A DNA stretch of 63,420 bases, the filler included, from Octopus bimaculoides (Eukaryota), in NCBI RefSeq assembly GCF_001194135.2. It is 6 parts of 5 records of this genome, joined end to end, with 100 filler letters (N's around TTAATTAATTAA, not from the genome) between each part and the next. Parts side by side here need not be neighbours in the genome. Positions count along the whole stretch, not along the records: positions 1 to 22,421 come from NC_068987.1; 5 more parts are not named here. One strand, 5' to 3'. The position numbers and the translations under genes are program-made. The notes beneath the pieces were generated by a model. It worked only from the letters and a program-made list of their open reading frames with translations, ran no database searches and was not told the DNA's origin. Positions within the stretch are counted from its first letter, which is position 1; the number at the start of each line of letters is the position of its first letter. Shown piece after piece: positions 1 to 12,846 of this stretch.

Positions 1-22
1 TATATATTTCTTTTTCCTTTTT

Positions 23-1510
23 TCTTTATAGTTTCAACCTAGAGCTGTGGCCATGCTGGAGCACCGCCGTTTTGCTACACTGTTATTACTGAGAGCCTCC
101 TCTAATATGTGGCACTTGATGAAGAATAGAGTTTGATGTCGCTACTCTCATTTGCACCTCTTGCCACGAGGTAGGTTCATCTGAGACTCTCGACAGGAAG
201 AGGTCCAGCTTTGATTTAAAAACACCTACATCCACTTTGTGTAGGTCCCTCAGGCTCTTTGGGAGAATATTAAAAAGCTGTGGGCCCCTGAAGCGCGATG
301 GCATTTCTGGGATCTTTGGCACTGAACAGTGTCGACCTGTTCTAGCATTGGTATAGCTTTCAATGCCAAAATTTGGCACAATTCCTTCCAGGATCTTCCA
401 GATGTATATTACTGCATACCTCTCCCGCCTTCGCTCCAGGGAGCAGAGCCTTAGCTGTTTCAGCCTTTCTCAGTAGCTGAGTTGTTGCAATGAGACGATC
501 TTCTTTGTGGAGCATCGCTGGATTGCTTCAAGGTCCGCTGTTAATCTTACACTGTTGGATGACACTAGCTATGAGCAGTAATCCAGGAGGCTGAGGACGA
601 ATGTCCTCCAGAGGACCATCATGGTTTCCTTTTCTCTGGTCCTGAACGTTCTCAGGATCCAACCAGTCAGTCGTCTGTACTTTGTCACCATCCTGATAAT
701 GTGCACTTGGAAAGAAGTATCATCACTCATGCCGATTCCCAGCTCCCTCACTGATTTAGGCTCTGGGATTGTAATCCCTTGTGGACCAGTGTACCCTGTA
801 AGTTTTATATTCAGTTTTGGATGCTGGTAGCGCAGGGCTTGGAATTTTTCAGCATTAAACTTCACGTTATTATTCTCAGTCCATCTGTAAATAGAGTCCA
901 AGTCCTGCTGCAGGTATGTAACATCGCTGAGGTTCTGTATTTTCTGCGAAACTTTCGTATCGTCTGCGTAGGTAGCAAGGGTGACTACCCGGGCAGTTGA
1001 TGGCATATCTGAGAGGGCCACTATGAAAAGCAGTGGTCCCAAGACAGTGCCCTGTGGAACACCGCTCACTATTTGTGTTTTCATTGAGGTGGCTCCATTG
1101 GCCACTACTGCCTGACTTCTATCTTTCAGAAAGTCATGTAACCACTCTCCAAGTTTTTTCAGCTATGCCGAGATCACGCAGTTTGTGGCATATCATACCG
1201 TGATCCATTTTATCAAAAGCTTTTGCAAAATCATGGTATATTACATTCAAATTTCAGTTGTTGAGTAACTGCCTCAACACCCAGTCACATTGCTGTAAAA
1301 ACAGGGTCAGGCAGCTCCTACCTGGTCGAAAGCCATGCTGCGTATCACTCAGCAAGTCGTTTTCTTCAAGGAATGCGATTAGTTTCCCTCTGACTATCTG
1401 TTCCATGACTTTGCTGATGTGTGAAGTCAGAGATAGGCCTATAGTTTTTGGCATCTACTCTGCTTCCCCCTTTATGGATTGGACATATTATTCCCTCCTT
1501 CGGCGTATGC
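23..1510 (-). mobile_element. CR1-type LINE, 3' portion (decayed reverse transcriptase plus 3' UTR)
   Basis: Minus-strand frames give KEGIICPIHKGGSRVDAKNYRPIS, LTSHISKVMEQIVR..TQHGFRPGRSC, SGVPQGTVLGPLLFI..YADDTKV..QDLDSIYRW..KFNAEKF, and C-terminal FKSKLDLFLSRVSDEP. Frameshifted; stop at 86-88, short 3' UTR ending in an A-rich tail. Confidence 0.92.
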
Positions 1511-2039
1511 CTCTGTGTGTGTGTGAGTATGTGTGTTNNNNNNNNNNNNNNNNNNNNNNNNNNNNNNNNNNNNNNNNNNNNNNNNNNNNNNNNNNNNNNN
1601 NNNNNNNNNNNNNNNNNNNNNNNNNNNNNNNNNNNNNNNNNNNNNNNNNNNNNNNNNNNNNNNNNNNNNNNNNNNNNNNNNNNNNNNNNNNNNNNNNNNN
1701 NNNNNNNNNNNNNNNNNNNNNNNNNNNNNNNNNNNNNNNNNNNNNNNNNNNNNNNNNNNNNNNNNNNNNNNNNNNNNNNNNNNNNNNNNNNNNNNNNNNN
1801 NNNNNNNNNNNNNNNNNNNNNNNNNNNNNNNNNNNNNNNNNNNNNNNNNNNNNNNNNNNNNNNNNNNNNNNNNNNNNNNNNNNNNNNNNNNNNNNNNNNN
1901 NNNNNNNNNNNNNNNNNNNNNNNNNNNNNNNNNNNNNNNNNNNNNNNNNNNNNNNNNNNNNNNNNNNNNNNNNNNGGAGTCGGTGTAATCGATTTATCCC
2001 CTCCACCAAAATGGCTGCCCTGGTGGTAAAATTTGAAAC

Positions 2040-2245
<206 letters not shown>

Positions 2246-2246
<1 letters not shown>

Positions 2247-2379
2247 GGCAAGCTGGGTGAATCGTTAGCCTGTCGGGCGAAATGTTTAGCGGTATTTCGT
2301 CTGTCCCTGAGTTTAAATTCCGCCGAGGTCGACTTTGCCTTTTATCCTTTCGGGCCTTGTGCCTTTGGTAAAAAGAATT
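2246..2379 (+). mobile_element. SINE group B, internally deleted
   Basis: gaatcgttagc..gggcgaaatg..aattccgccgaggtcgactttgcc..cctttcggg, matching copies at 17914, 24298, 35552. Confidence 0.85.
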
Positions 2380-2491
2380 ATTATCATTCATTTTGTTCAA
2401 GAATAATGTATAATATATATTTCTAAAATTGAGTAGAATAAATAAAATAATGAATACATATATGTTGAACATATACATATATTCCCGACTA

Positions 2492-2858
2492 TATGGTTCC
2501 GGATTCAGTCCTACAGCGTGGCACCTTGGGCAAGTGTTTTCTATTATAGCCTAGAACCGACCAAAGCCTTCTGAGTGGATTTGGTAGACGGAAACTGAAA
2601 GAAGGTCGTCATTTCTATATATATATATATATCTGATATATATGTATGTTTTTGTTATTTCTGTCTGTGTTTGTTCCCCGACCATCACTTGACAACCGAT
2701 GTTGGTGTGTTTATGTCCCCGTAACTTAGCGGTTCGGCAATAAAGAGACCGATAGAAGAAATACTAGGTATACAAGGAATAAATCCTGGGGTCGATTTGT
2801 TCGACTAGAGGCGGTGCTCCAGCATGATCGCAGTCAAACGACTGAAACAAGTAAAAGA
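2492..2858 (+). mobile_element. SINE group A, near full length
   Basis: gtggcaccttgggcaag..ccgaccaaagcc..ggaaactgaaagaag, internal (TA)n, gacaaccgatg..ggcggtgctccagcatg..gactgaaacaagtaaaaga. Confidence 0.92.
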
Positions 2859-3021
2859 AAAAAAGAATGTGTGTGTGTGTGGGTGGGTGGGTGTGTGAGT
2901 GTGTGTGTGTGCGTGTGTTAAATTAGTATTCATATTGGTGCGTCACGTTTGGCTCCCTCTGTATCTAATTTTGAAACTCTTCGATAAGGACTGACCAAGG
3001 GTTAAACAATACAGTGTAGTA

Positions 3022-3495
3022 CAGCAATGCCTCGACTATCGCAGCTGTTGCGTTCTAAAACCCACCGCGATAGGTGAAAATCCGCAAAGTAGAAACAGTA
3101 AAGTCCTGTATTTTAAAAATTCTTTCTATAATTTGAATATATTTAATTTATTATAAATGCAAAACAACACCACACACTCGCCTCCCGAGTTTCATTTTCC
3201 ATACAGTATGTGCGATTCTTTGTTTACTCATCTATGGTACACTACTTGTTTTCTTTTAATATATTCCAATTAATGTGTTGCACAGTGCAATACTGTACTG
3301 TATTTTTATTTATTAATTTATTAATTCTTAGGCGTGAAAACGTTTATTTTACCACAGAAATAATTAGAACCTAAAAAAATATAAATACCTATCGGCCGCA
3401 GAAACCCGCGATATAAATTTACATATATTAGCCAGAAAAATCCGCGATGTACTGAGGGCGCGATAGGTGAGCTGCAATATGGCACATGATTACTG
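3022..3495. mobile_element. pogo/Tigger-like non-autonomous DNA element (MITE)
   Basis: TA at both flanks (3020-21, 3496-97); ends CAG(C/T)AAT..ATTACTG; subterminal cgcgataggtga and aaaatccgc motifs at both ends. Confidence 0.7.
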
Positions 3496-3574
3496 TAAAT
3501 CAATGTTTCATAGTCTATTTCTCTCGATAAAGTTAAGCAGATATTGGATAATGTGATCCTAGATACTGCGTGGC

Positions 3575-3689
3575 TCAACAAAACGGCCAGCTCGTGAAAT
3601 TAACGTGCAACTGGCTGACCAATGTGAAATGAACGTGCCTTGCTCAAGGACATAACGCGTCGCCGGGAATCGAATTCATGACTTTATGA
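3575..3689 (-). mobile_element. SINE group C, deleted copy
   Basis: gctcgtgaaattaacgtgcaa and ttgctcaagga..ccgggaatcgaa shared with 33606-33935. Confidence 0.8.
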
Positions 3690-4617
3690 AAGCCGGGATA
3701 GCTACGATTGGAAAATCTTTGAATATTGATCAGCTAAATCAAGGTTGACAACAACTACAATAACATCATCAACATACATTTTGTTTTCCATAAAATGTCC
3801 ATTAACTACGAATTACTAATTAATTCTAATATATTTACTTTTGCTTCTCCGTTAATTACTAGTTATTAATAAAATTCCTAAAACTCAACCATTTAATTAT
3901 CTGTCCAGAAGACAGACATACTTCATTGAAAGAAAACTGCAAATTATAAGTAAAATAATAATCATTTTGTGATGTAGGCACAACGTGAAAAAAAAAAGTA
4001 GTAATGGTAAAATTGTGATGTTAAACCATTAATTATATCCACCTCAGTACCTAATTAATAAATTAATTAATGTAAGTATCGCAATAGGTGAACAATAGCG
4101 TCGTCTGTTGCAGACTCCTAATGAGAGCCAATCGTAAGGTCATTATTTTACTGGCGGCAAGAGTGACAAAGGAATGTCTGCAACTCGATGCGGAAAAAAT
4201 AATGCAAAGGAACTTGCTTGAAGAGCACCGGTTCTTTTTCTTTTTTTTTTTTTTTTTTTTTTNNNNNNNNNNNNNNNNNNNNNNNNNNNNNNNNNNNNNN
4301 NNNNNNNNNNNNNNNNNNNNNNNNNNNNNNNNNNNNNNNNNNNNNNNNNNNNNNNNNNNNNNNNNNNNNNNNNNNNNNNNNNNNNNNNNNNNNNNNNNNN
4401 NNNNNNNNNNNNNNNNNNNNNNNNNNNNNNNNNNNNNNNNNNNNNNNNNNNNNNNNNNNNNNNNNNNNNNNNNNNNNNNNNNNNNNNNNNNNNNNNNNNN
4501 NNNNNNNNNNNNNNNNNNNNNNNNNNNNNNNNNNNGATTATGGCCGAGCATTATATAGGTTTTGTATATTTGTGTGTACGTGATCATGTTTGTGTGTACC
4601 TGCACGTGTGTGTGTGT

Positions 4618-4660
<43 letters not shown>

Positions 4661-4699
4661 TGCGTGTGTGTGTGCGTGTGTGTGTATACACTTACTCTT

Positions 4700-4945
4700 A
4701 CTCTTTTACCTGTTTCAGTCATTTGACTGTGGCCATGCTGGAGCACCGCCTTTAGTCGAACAAATCGACCTCAGGACTTATTCTTTGTAAGCCTAGTACT
4801 TATTATATCGGGTCTCTTTTTGCTGAACCGCTAAGTTACGGGGACATAAACACACCACCATCGGTTGTCAAGTGATGTTGGCAGGACAAACACAGACACA
4901 CAAACATATACACACACACATACATATAGATATATATGTACATAT
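4700..4945 (-). mobile_element. SINE group A, 3' half
   Basis: tcttttacctgtttcagtcatttgactgtggccatgctggagcaccgcc..catcggttgtcaag. Confidence 0.92.
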
Positions 4946-5350
4946 ATATATATATTTTATCTTACAAAGCATTAGTGAACACCAGGCTTCAACTGGAAGA
5001 AACTCACCCATATTGCCGATGCCGCGAACCTGAGACTACATGAGATCAAAAGACAAATTTCTCAGACACAACAGACACATATTCATCTGATACATTCATT
5101 TAGTTTTCTAAATTTTAAACATTGAATTTCCGTTTCCACAGACATGTTTATTTGCTCTTCAGTCCGCCATGAACTAATGATACAGACGGGGAAGCTGATG
5201 ACATTTTCACACAGCAAGCTTTTCTTACTTCGAGGCTTTAGAGGTTCGTCTGTTTTATGGTGATGAACGAAATATTAGCAAGATTAGTAAGACTCTTCTA
5301 ATTAGATAATCTATCCTAAAGTTAACCTGTTAAACACACGATGTGTCTCC

Positions 5351-5352
<2 letters not shown>

Positions 5353-5428
<76 letters not shown>

Positions 5429-5876
5429 GTTTATATATATATATATGAATATGTATATATAATATTATAGTGTATGTGGCTGTATATTATATGTTTGCGT
5501 ACGTATTTTCTTATATATGTTTGAGATTACATACACACCTACAAATTCATACACGCACACTCACACGTATATGTATATGCATACATGCACAGACACAAAT
5601 ATACATACACACACATACTAACGTACATGCATATGTATACATTCGTATATCCATGCATCCATGTATACACATACACGCACACATGCATTGACATATGCAT
5701 ACATACGTACGTGCATACGTTTGTATGTATGAACACAAGCAAATCCATGTACGTACGTATGTATGCATGAATACATGTATGTATGTATGTATATATGCAT
5801 GTATGTATGTATGTATGCATGTACGTATGATAACGCATACTTAACATAGACGCAAATATATACACAAATGTACTCT

Positions 5877-5913
<37 letters not shown>

Positions 5914-5967
5914 TCTCTTTCCTTCCCTATCTCTATCTCCCTCTCTTCTTCTTTTCCTCCCTCGACA

Positions 5968-6020
<53 letters not shown>

Positions 6021-6049
6021 CACTCACTCTCTTCCTCTCNNNNNNNNNN

Positions 6050-6101
<52 letters not shown>

Positions 6102-6127
6102 CACTCACTCTCTTCCTCTCTCTCTTT
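5353..6127. repeat. (TA)n, degenerate (CATA)/(TATG) and (CT)n microsatellite block
   Basis: Read directly from sequence. Confidence 0.9.
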
Positions 6128-7082
6128 ATGCGATCGCAGTTTTTGTTTCGAATTTTTATGTCCATTAGTTTTGCAATTTTCTCTGGAGCAGCAGATCTTG
6201 AAATGAAAGAAATTTACTACGAGATTGCTTATATAATCTCTTGGGACTGCGCTGTACATACGTCTTTGTAGACATTACTACTATGGAAGGCCGTAATTCT
6301 GTTGTATGGAAGTCCATAAGAACAGCTATGAAATGCGCAACTATTTTTGAATGGAAATAATTAAACGTTGGACGACGAAATATTCTTATGGGGTCCCAGA
6401 GGATGGTGAAATATCGAAGCCCAGTAATCAATTGTTCCATTCAGTTATCGATAGATCGATTGAGTCATTGATTTATTGATTGATTATTTCTTTAACTGTA
6501 TTCAGGTTATCTGATTACGGAATCGCTTAAATATGTATAATAAGATATGGCGTGTCTAAACTATAGCTCTCTAGTGTAAACCAGTTTAAGGACATCAAAA
6601 TTCTTTGGGATTTCAAAACCGATTGATTGAATGTTTGATTGATTGACTGATTGTGATTGATCGATTGAATATGGGTTTAATCTTATTCAGATTACTGGAA
6701 TTTTGAATTGCGTTAACATGTATAATATGATGTCCCCCTGAGGCATGAGAGCTTACGAATATGAAAAGGAGATTTTAGTATAAAGACAACTGTCTGATAG
6801 AAAGAGGATGGTATTATATTGTTGCGGTGAAGAACAAAACGGCGATGTGAGTAAAACTAACGATGTTTTATAGCGAAGAAACAGCGAAATTGAAAGCAAA
6901 AGCAACACAAACAAACAAGCAAAAATAATGAAATGGTTTAGAATTATTAACGTGCCTGATAGTTTCTTTTATTTTCGGGCCCTTAATTCCTGCTGGAATC
7001 GTATAGGCGCCATCGTCACATGCGTGACTTATTCTTTCCCTGGACTCGGCGCAACCGATTTCTTCCAGATGGAGAGACGGAA

Positions 7083-7113
<31 letters not shown>

Positions 7114-8030
7114 CAGACAGAGACAGACAGACAGAGACAGACAGACAGAGACAGACAGACAGAGAGGAACAGAGAGAGAGAGAGAGAGAGANNNNNNNNN
7201 NNNNNNNNNNNNNNNNNNNNNNNNNNNNNNNNNNNNNNNNNNNNNNNNNNNNNNNNNNNNNNNNNNNNNNNNNNNNNNNNNNNNNNNNNNNNNNNNNNNN
7301 NNNNNNNNNNNNNNNNNNNNNNNNNNNNNNNNNNNNNNNNNNNNNNNNNNNNNNNNNNNNNNNNNNNNNNNNNNNNNNNNNNNNNNNNNNNNNNNNNNNN
7401 NNNNNNNNNNNNNNNNNNNNNNNNNNNNNNNNNNNNNNNNNNNNNNNNNNNNNNNNNNNNNNNNNNNNNNNNNNNNNNNNNNNNNNNNNNNNNNNNNNNN
7501 NNNNNNNNNNNNNNNNNNNNNNNNNNNNNNNNNNNNNNNNNNNNNNNNNNNNNNNNNNNNNNNNNNNNNNNNNNNNNNNNNNNNNNNNNNNNNNNNNNNN
7601 NNNNNNNNNNNNNNNNNNNNNNNNNNNNNNNNNNNNNNNNNNNNNNNNNNNNNNNNNNNNNNNNNNNNNNNNNNNNNNNNNNNNNNNNNNNNNNNNNNNN
7701 NNNNNNNNNNNNNNNNNNNNNNNNNNNNNNNNNNNNNNNNNNNNNNNNNNNNNNNNNNNNNNNNNNNNNNNNNNNNNNNNNNNNNNNNNNNNNNNNNNNN
7801 NNNNNNNNNNNNNNNNNNNNNNNNNNNNNNNNNNNNNNNNNNNNNNNNNNNNNNNNNNNNNNNNNNNNNNNNNNNNNNNNNNNNNNNNNNNNNNNNNNNN
7901 NNNNNNNNNNNNNNNNNNNNNNNNNNNNNNNNNNNNCACAGCAAATTGTGCATCTTGATGTGCATCTTGGTGCTATTTACTGTTACTACTTCATCAGGGT
8001 CAAATTTAACTGCATTTCATATATCATCAG

Positions 8031-8064
<34 letters not shown>

Positions 8065-8129
8065 AGTGGCAATATACTACACTTCATCGTGCAGTTACTG
8101 TTAATACTTCATTTAGAGAATTAACATTG

Positions 8130-8168
<39 letters not shown>

Positions 8169-8514
8169 TATAACAGCTATGAGGTGTCAGAGCTACCTTT
8201 TTCTATTGTATCTCTGAGAACGATCTTTATAGATTAATTAAAAGAGAATTATTACATCTTACGGCAAGGTGCACAGAGTCTTTCAGAATTAAGTGCATTA
8301 ACCATCGAAAGAGCGGCAGTGCCGTTGATTAACAGAATATAGGATTCTCATCCCTGCCTGAAGTCCCAATCAACACGTTTTATTTTTATTTGGTCGTAAT
8401 TCATTTGTGTAGAATTATACACTGTGTCATTCCTCCTCTATTTCAAGGACGGAAGGGTGTGGTTTGAGCGAGATTTAACTGCAATTTATTAAAGCTGTTC
8501 CGTTGGCTAAGAAG

Positions 8515-8800
8515 GTGCGAGGCCGATTGGTTAGGGTAGGGCATGGCACTCACGATCGCAAAGCCGTCTCTGCAATTCCCTGACCGAGAAGTGGGGTTAT
8601 TTTTCAGCAAATCACTTCATTATTTCACGCTGCTCTCGTACACTCAACTCTAAATGAGTTAACGCTCCGAAGGACTAGCGTCCTATTCAGTAGAAGCGTT
8701 GTGTTCATGGTCACCTACACGACTTGGAAAGCGGGTAACCGGCCCCATGAATCTTGGGACCCAAGATAGTACTATCCAGGTTTTAATGATGATGATGACG
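8515..8800 (+). mobile_element. tRNA-derived SINE (group C variant) with (GAT)n tail
   Basis: Degenerate tRNA-like head, tttcagcaaatcacttcattatttcacgctgctc central segment, followed by (GAT/GAC)n. Confidence 0.6.
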
Positions 8801-8922
8801 ATGATGATGATGACGACGACGATGATGTCGATGATGATGACGGTGATGACAAAAAGGGGGAGGAGGATTTTTGGCTCAGTTCTCATAATCTCCCAATATG
8901 AAATCATACGATTTCGGGCTTT

Positions 8923-9332
8923 TCTCTTTTACTCTTTTACTTGTTTCAGTCATTTGACTGCGGCCATGCTGAAGCACCGCCTTTAGTCGAACAAATCGAC
9001 TCCAGGACTTATTCTTTGTAAGTCTAGTACTTATTCTATCGCATCTTTTTTGCTGAACCGCTAAGTTACGGGGACGTAAACACACCAGCATCGGTTGTCA
9101 AGCCATGGTGGGGGGGGACAAACACAGACAAACAAATATATACACACACATACATATATATAAATACTTATATACAACGGACTTCCTTCAGTTTCGGTCT
9201 ACCAAATCCACTCACAAGGCATTGGTCGGCCCGAGGCTGTAGTAGAAGACACTTGCCCTAAGTGCCACGCAGTGGGAATGAACCCGGAAACATGTGGTCG
9301 ATAAGCAAGCTACTTACCACAGAGCCACTTCC
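8923..9332 (-). mobile_element. SINE group A, full length
   Basis: Tail through head (..gaacccggaa..gcaagctacttaccacagagccacttcc); CpGs retained. Confidence 0.93.
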
Positions 9333-10891
9333 TTAAGGGATTCGGTAACGCGAGTGAAAATATAGACTCAGTCTTACCACAAGTTTACTCTGTCCTATAA
9401 TGTTTTCTCAATAAGGGTAAATGATCAAAAGTTAGCCTCTGAAACTTGAGAATGTCGAGGTGAATTGAAATACTGTACTGTGAAACTTTATATAAAAAGA
9501 ATTGATAAAGGAAGTGTAATAAGGAATCGAAACCGAATCATGGCATACACTTTTGCTTTCACCAAAGACAAACCCCTGACAGAAAACTATCTGAGAATAT
9601 AACCAACAAATTATTTATGGGCAAACTTCTTCGTGAGAAACGGGCCACATGAGACATAACTTATCATCAGTCGGGCCGCAGTATTAAAAATATTCAAGGT
9701 AATTTTTCGTTGGGCGTGTTCTCAAGAAAGTTCGGCGTGTCACAGTTTGGTCCCCCGAAAAACTAGAAGCAGCAGCCAAATTTCCCACTTATCACACATC
9801 CCACCGTATTGAAGAAAGAAAGGACTCATTCGAGAAAGTAACCTAGGAGAGATTATAAGATGGAAACAAATGACAAGGTGGTCACCGGCTGCGTTGTCTT
9901 TGGTCATAGATTTGTTGGACAAGACCTGTCTGGGGAGGGTTAAACAATAAAACGTTCCTCTAACGAAGGATACATTCACACGATCTGCTAAATATAACAG
10001 TCAAATTCATCTCGTTTTATACTTCATTGTTTTAAAAACAGGAAGAACACAGCCTCGTGATCTGCAAGATATAGAGATCAAATACCCGTCGAACCACACC
10101 GTAGCGTCTTTAAAATATTGAGGCCATATTGGATAATGTAATCCGTGGCTGGTCACTGTTGGAAGGCCTTTCATCATTGATATTTTGGGATCTAGGCTAA
10201 GCTGTAGTTAATCAACAACGACAACAGCGGATCAAGGACGGCGCCTACGAGTAATCACTCGGCGTGCTAGAAGTAGGCGGCAATTCTTACTCAAACCACA
10301 ATCAAACTGTATAACGTTGTCTGGCCTGCATCGTGACGGTATGGTCACGACTGGAGCGCCTTTTCATCATAAGTCTGGAATCCTAGAGTTAACCTGTAGC
10401 TAAAGAATAACAAGAACAACAAGAACAAAAGCAACAACAGTAATCAAAATAATGAAAAGAACGGCTGAAACGACAAAGCGGTTTCTACAGCGGAAATGAA
10501 GATTTTATAAACGGTTACATTTGACAATAGAACACGCTATGTGTTAGTTCTGTGACAATGCACATGTGCACAGCTACAATTTATATTCACGTGTAGGAAT
10601 GTTAGCCCAGTTAACACGGGGATGCATGCAGAATGAAGAGGAAAAGGCGGTGTGAAGAGAGGAGAAGAGGAGGAGGAGGAAACAACTTCCTCAAGTGTGC
10701 ATGGAATCGTGTTTAGGAAAACGTGCTGCGTCCATTGATAGGTTTTCCGTAGCGCACACATTCAGTTAGGCGGACGCGCCCACGAAATATGCAGGAGCAC
10801 ACGCACGCCTCTGCGCATATCGATACTCACACACACATATAAATATATACACACACACACACACAAGCTGAGGTACATACACACATACACA

Positions 10892-10949
<58 letters not shown>

Positions 10950-11071
10950 ATGTATGTATGTATGTATGTATGTATGTATGTATGTATGTATACGCAAACA
11001 CACTCACTCACAGATATACACAAGCAACGCGCGCATGCATGTACATGAATATATATATACATATATATACA

Positions 11072-11106
<35 letters not shown>

Positions 11107-11208
11107 GTATGTGCGTGTGTGCGTGCGTGCGTGCATGCGTAAGAGGTATTTATGTACGTGTATGTGCTGTGCGTTGCACGCGCACGCGTGTGTATACATA
11201 CATACATG

Positions 11209-11242
<34 letters not shown>

Positions 11243-11582
11243 CACACACTGACATGCATGCATGCGAATGAAAACGAGCAATCACACTTCTGCGCACAAT
11301 TCCATCAATATTTGCGTTTCAAACGCTCGCTGTATAAGTGTGTGTTTAATGTACATAAGCATTATACTAAATGCGTGTATGTGTGTGAGCTTAACCTTTG
11401 TTTCAAATACACACACACAACAACAACAACAACAACAACAACAGCAGCAGCAGCAGCAACACCAACGACTTGCGCACGCGTCTATACCTATATGTATATG
11501 CCGCGGTAATGTACCTTTGTACTCTGTTTATATAAACACACACACATACACATATATATATATATATATGTGTATATATCTA

Positions 11583-11615
<33 letters not shown>

Positions 11616-11616
<1 letters not shown>

Positions 11617-11715
11617 GAGGTATGTGGTTTAGTGGTTAGGATGCTGCACCCACGATTGTAACATTGTGGTTTCGATTCTTAGAGCGGGCAATGCGTTGTA
11701 TTCTTGAGCAATACA
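11616..11715 (+). mobile_element. SINE group C head, truncated by gap
   Basis: A-box-like tggtttagtggttagg, B-box-like ggtttcgattc, then tgcgttgtattcttgagcaa. Confidence 0.75.
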
Positions 11716-12317
11716 NNNNNNNNNNNNNNNNNNNNNNNNNNNNNNNNNNNNNNNNNNNNNNNNNNNNNNNNNNNNNNNNNNNNNNNNNNNNNNNNNNNNN
11801 NNNNNNNNNNNNNNNNNNNNNNNNNNNNNNNNNNNNNNNNNNNNNNNNNNNNNNNNNNNNNNNNNNNNNNNNNNNNNNNNNNNNNNNNNNNNNNNNNNNN
11901 NNNNNNNNNNNNNNNNNNNNNNNNNNNNNNNNNNNNNNNNNNNNNNNNNNNNNNNNNNNNNNNNNNNNNNNNNNNNNNNNNNNNNNNNNNNNNNNNNNNN
12001 NNNNNNNNNNNNNNNNNNNNNNNNNNNNNNNNNNNNNNNNNNNNNNNNNNNNNNNNNNNNNNNNNNNNNNNNNNNNNNNNNNNNNNNNNNNNNNNNNNNN
12101 NNNNNNNNNNNNNNNNNNNNNNNNNNNNNNNNNNNNNNNNNNNNNNNNNNNNNNNNNNNNNNNNNNNNNNNNNNNNNNNNNNNNNNNNNNNNNNNNNNNN
12201 NNNNNNNNNNNNNNNNNNNNNNNNNNNNNNNNNNNNNNNNNNNNNNNNNNNNNNNNNNNNNNNNNNNNNNNNNNNNNNNNNNNNNNNNNNNNNNNNNNNN
12301 NNNNNNNNNNNNNNNNN

Positions 12318-12358
<41 letters not shown>

Positions 12359-12437
12359 CAGCATAATATGCATAATATACATTTATTTAAATATGTCTGT
12401 ATATATGTATACACACAGACAGACATAGACTCATATT

Positions 12438-12481
<44 letters not shown>

Positions 12482-12678
12482 CGTGTGTAGATAGACAGAC
12501 AGATAGAAAGAAAGAAAGTGTTGTGGCGACGCCCCCAGGCGAAAAAGTAGGACCTCCCAAGACATATAAATAGAGGTAGTCTGGCCGTAGTAGTGTTGAG
12601 TAGCTGTTGAGTAGAGATGATCCGAAGGTGCTAGATAGCAGTTGCTTTGAGACATAATAGATAGATAGATAGAGAGAG

Positions 12679-12720
<42 letters not shown>

Positions 12721-12773
12721 GTATAGATAGATAGATAGATAGATAGGTAGGTAGACAGGTATANNNNNNNNNN

Positions 12774-12846
<73 letters not shown>

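Noticed and set aside
6128-6440. Unique-sequence short ORFs (signal-peptide-like MRSQFLFRIF.. on plus; 91-aa ORF on minus)
   Set aside because: No recognisable homology or consistent splice structure.
11616-11690. tRNA genes at SINE heads (also 32091, 58214)
   Set aside because: They have A/B-box-like motifs but no complete cloverleaf and continue into SINE body sequence.
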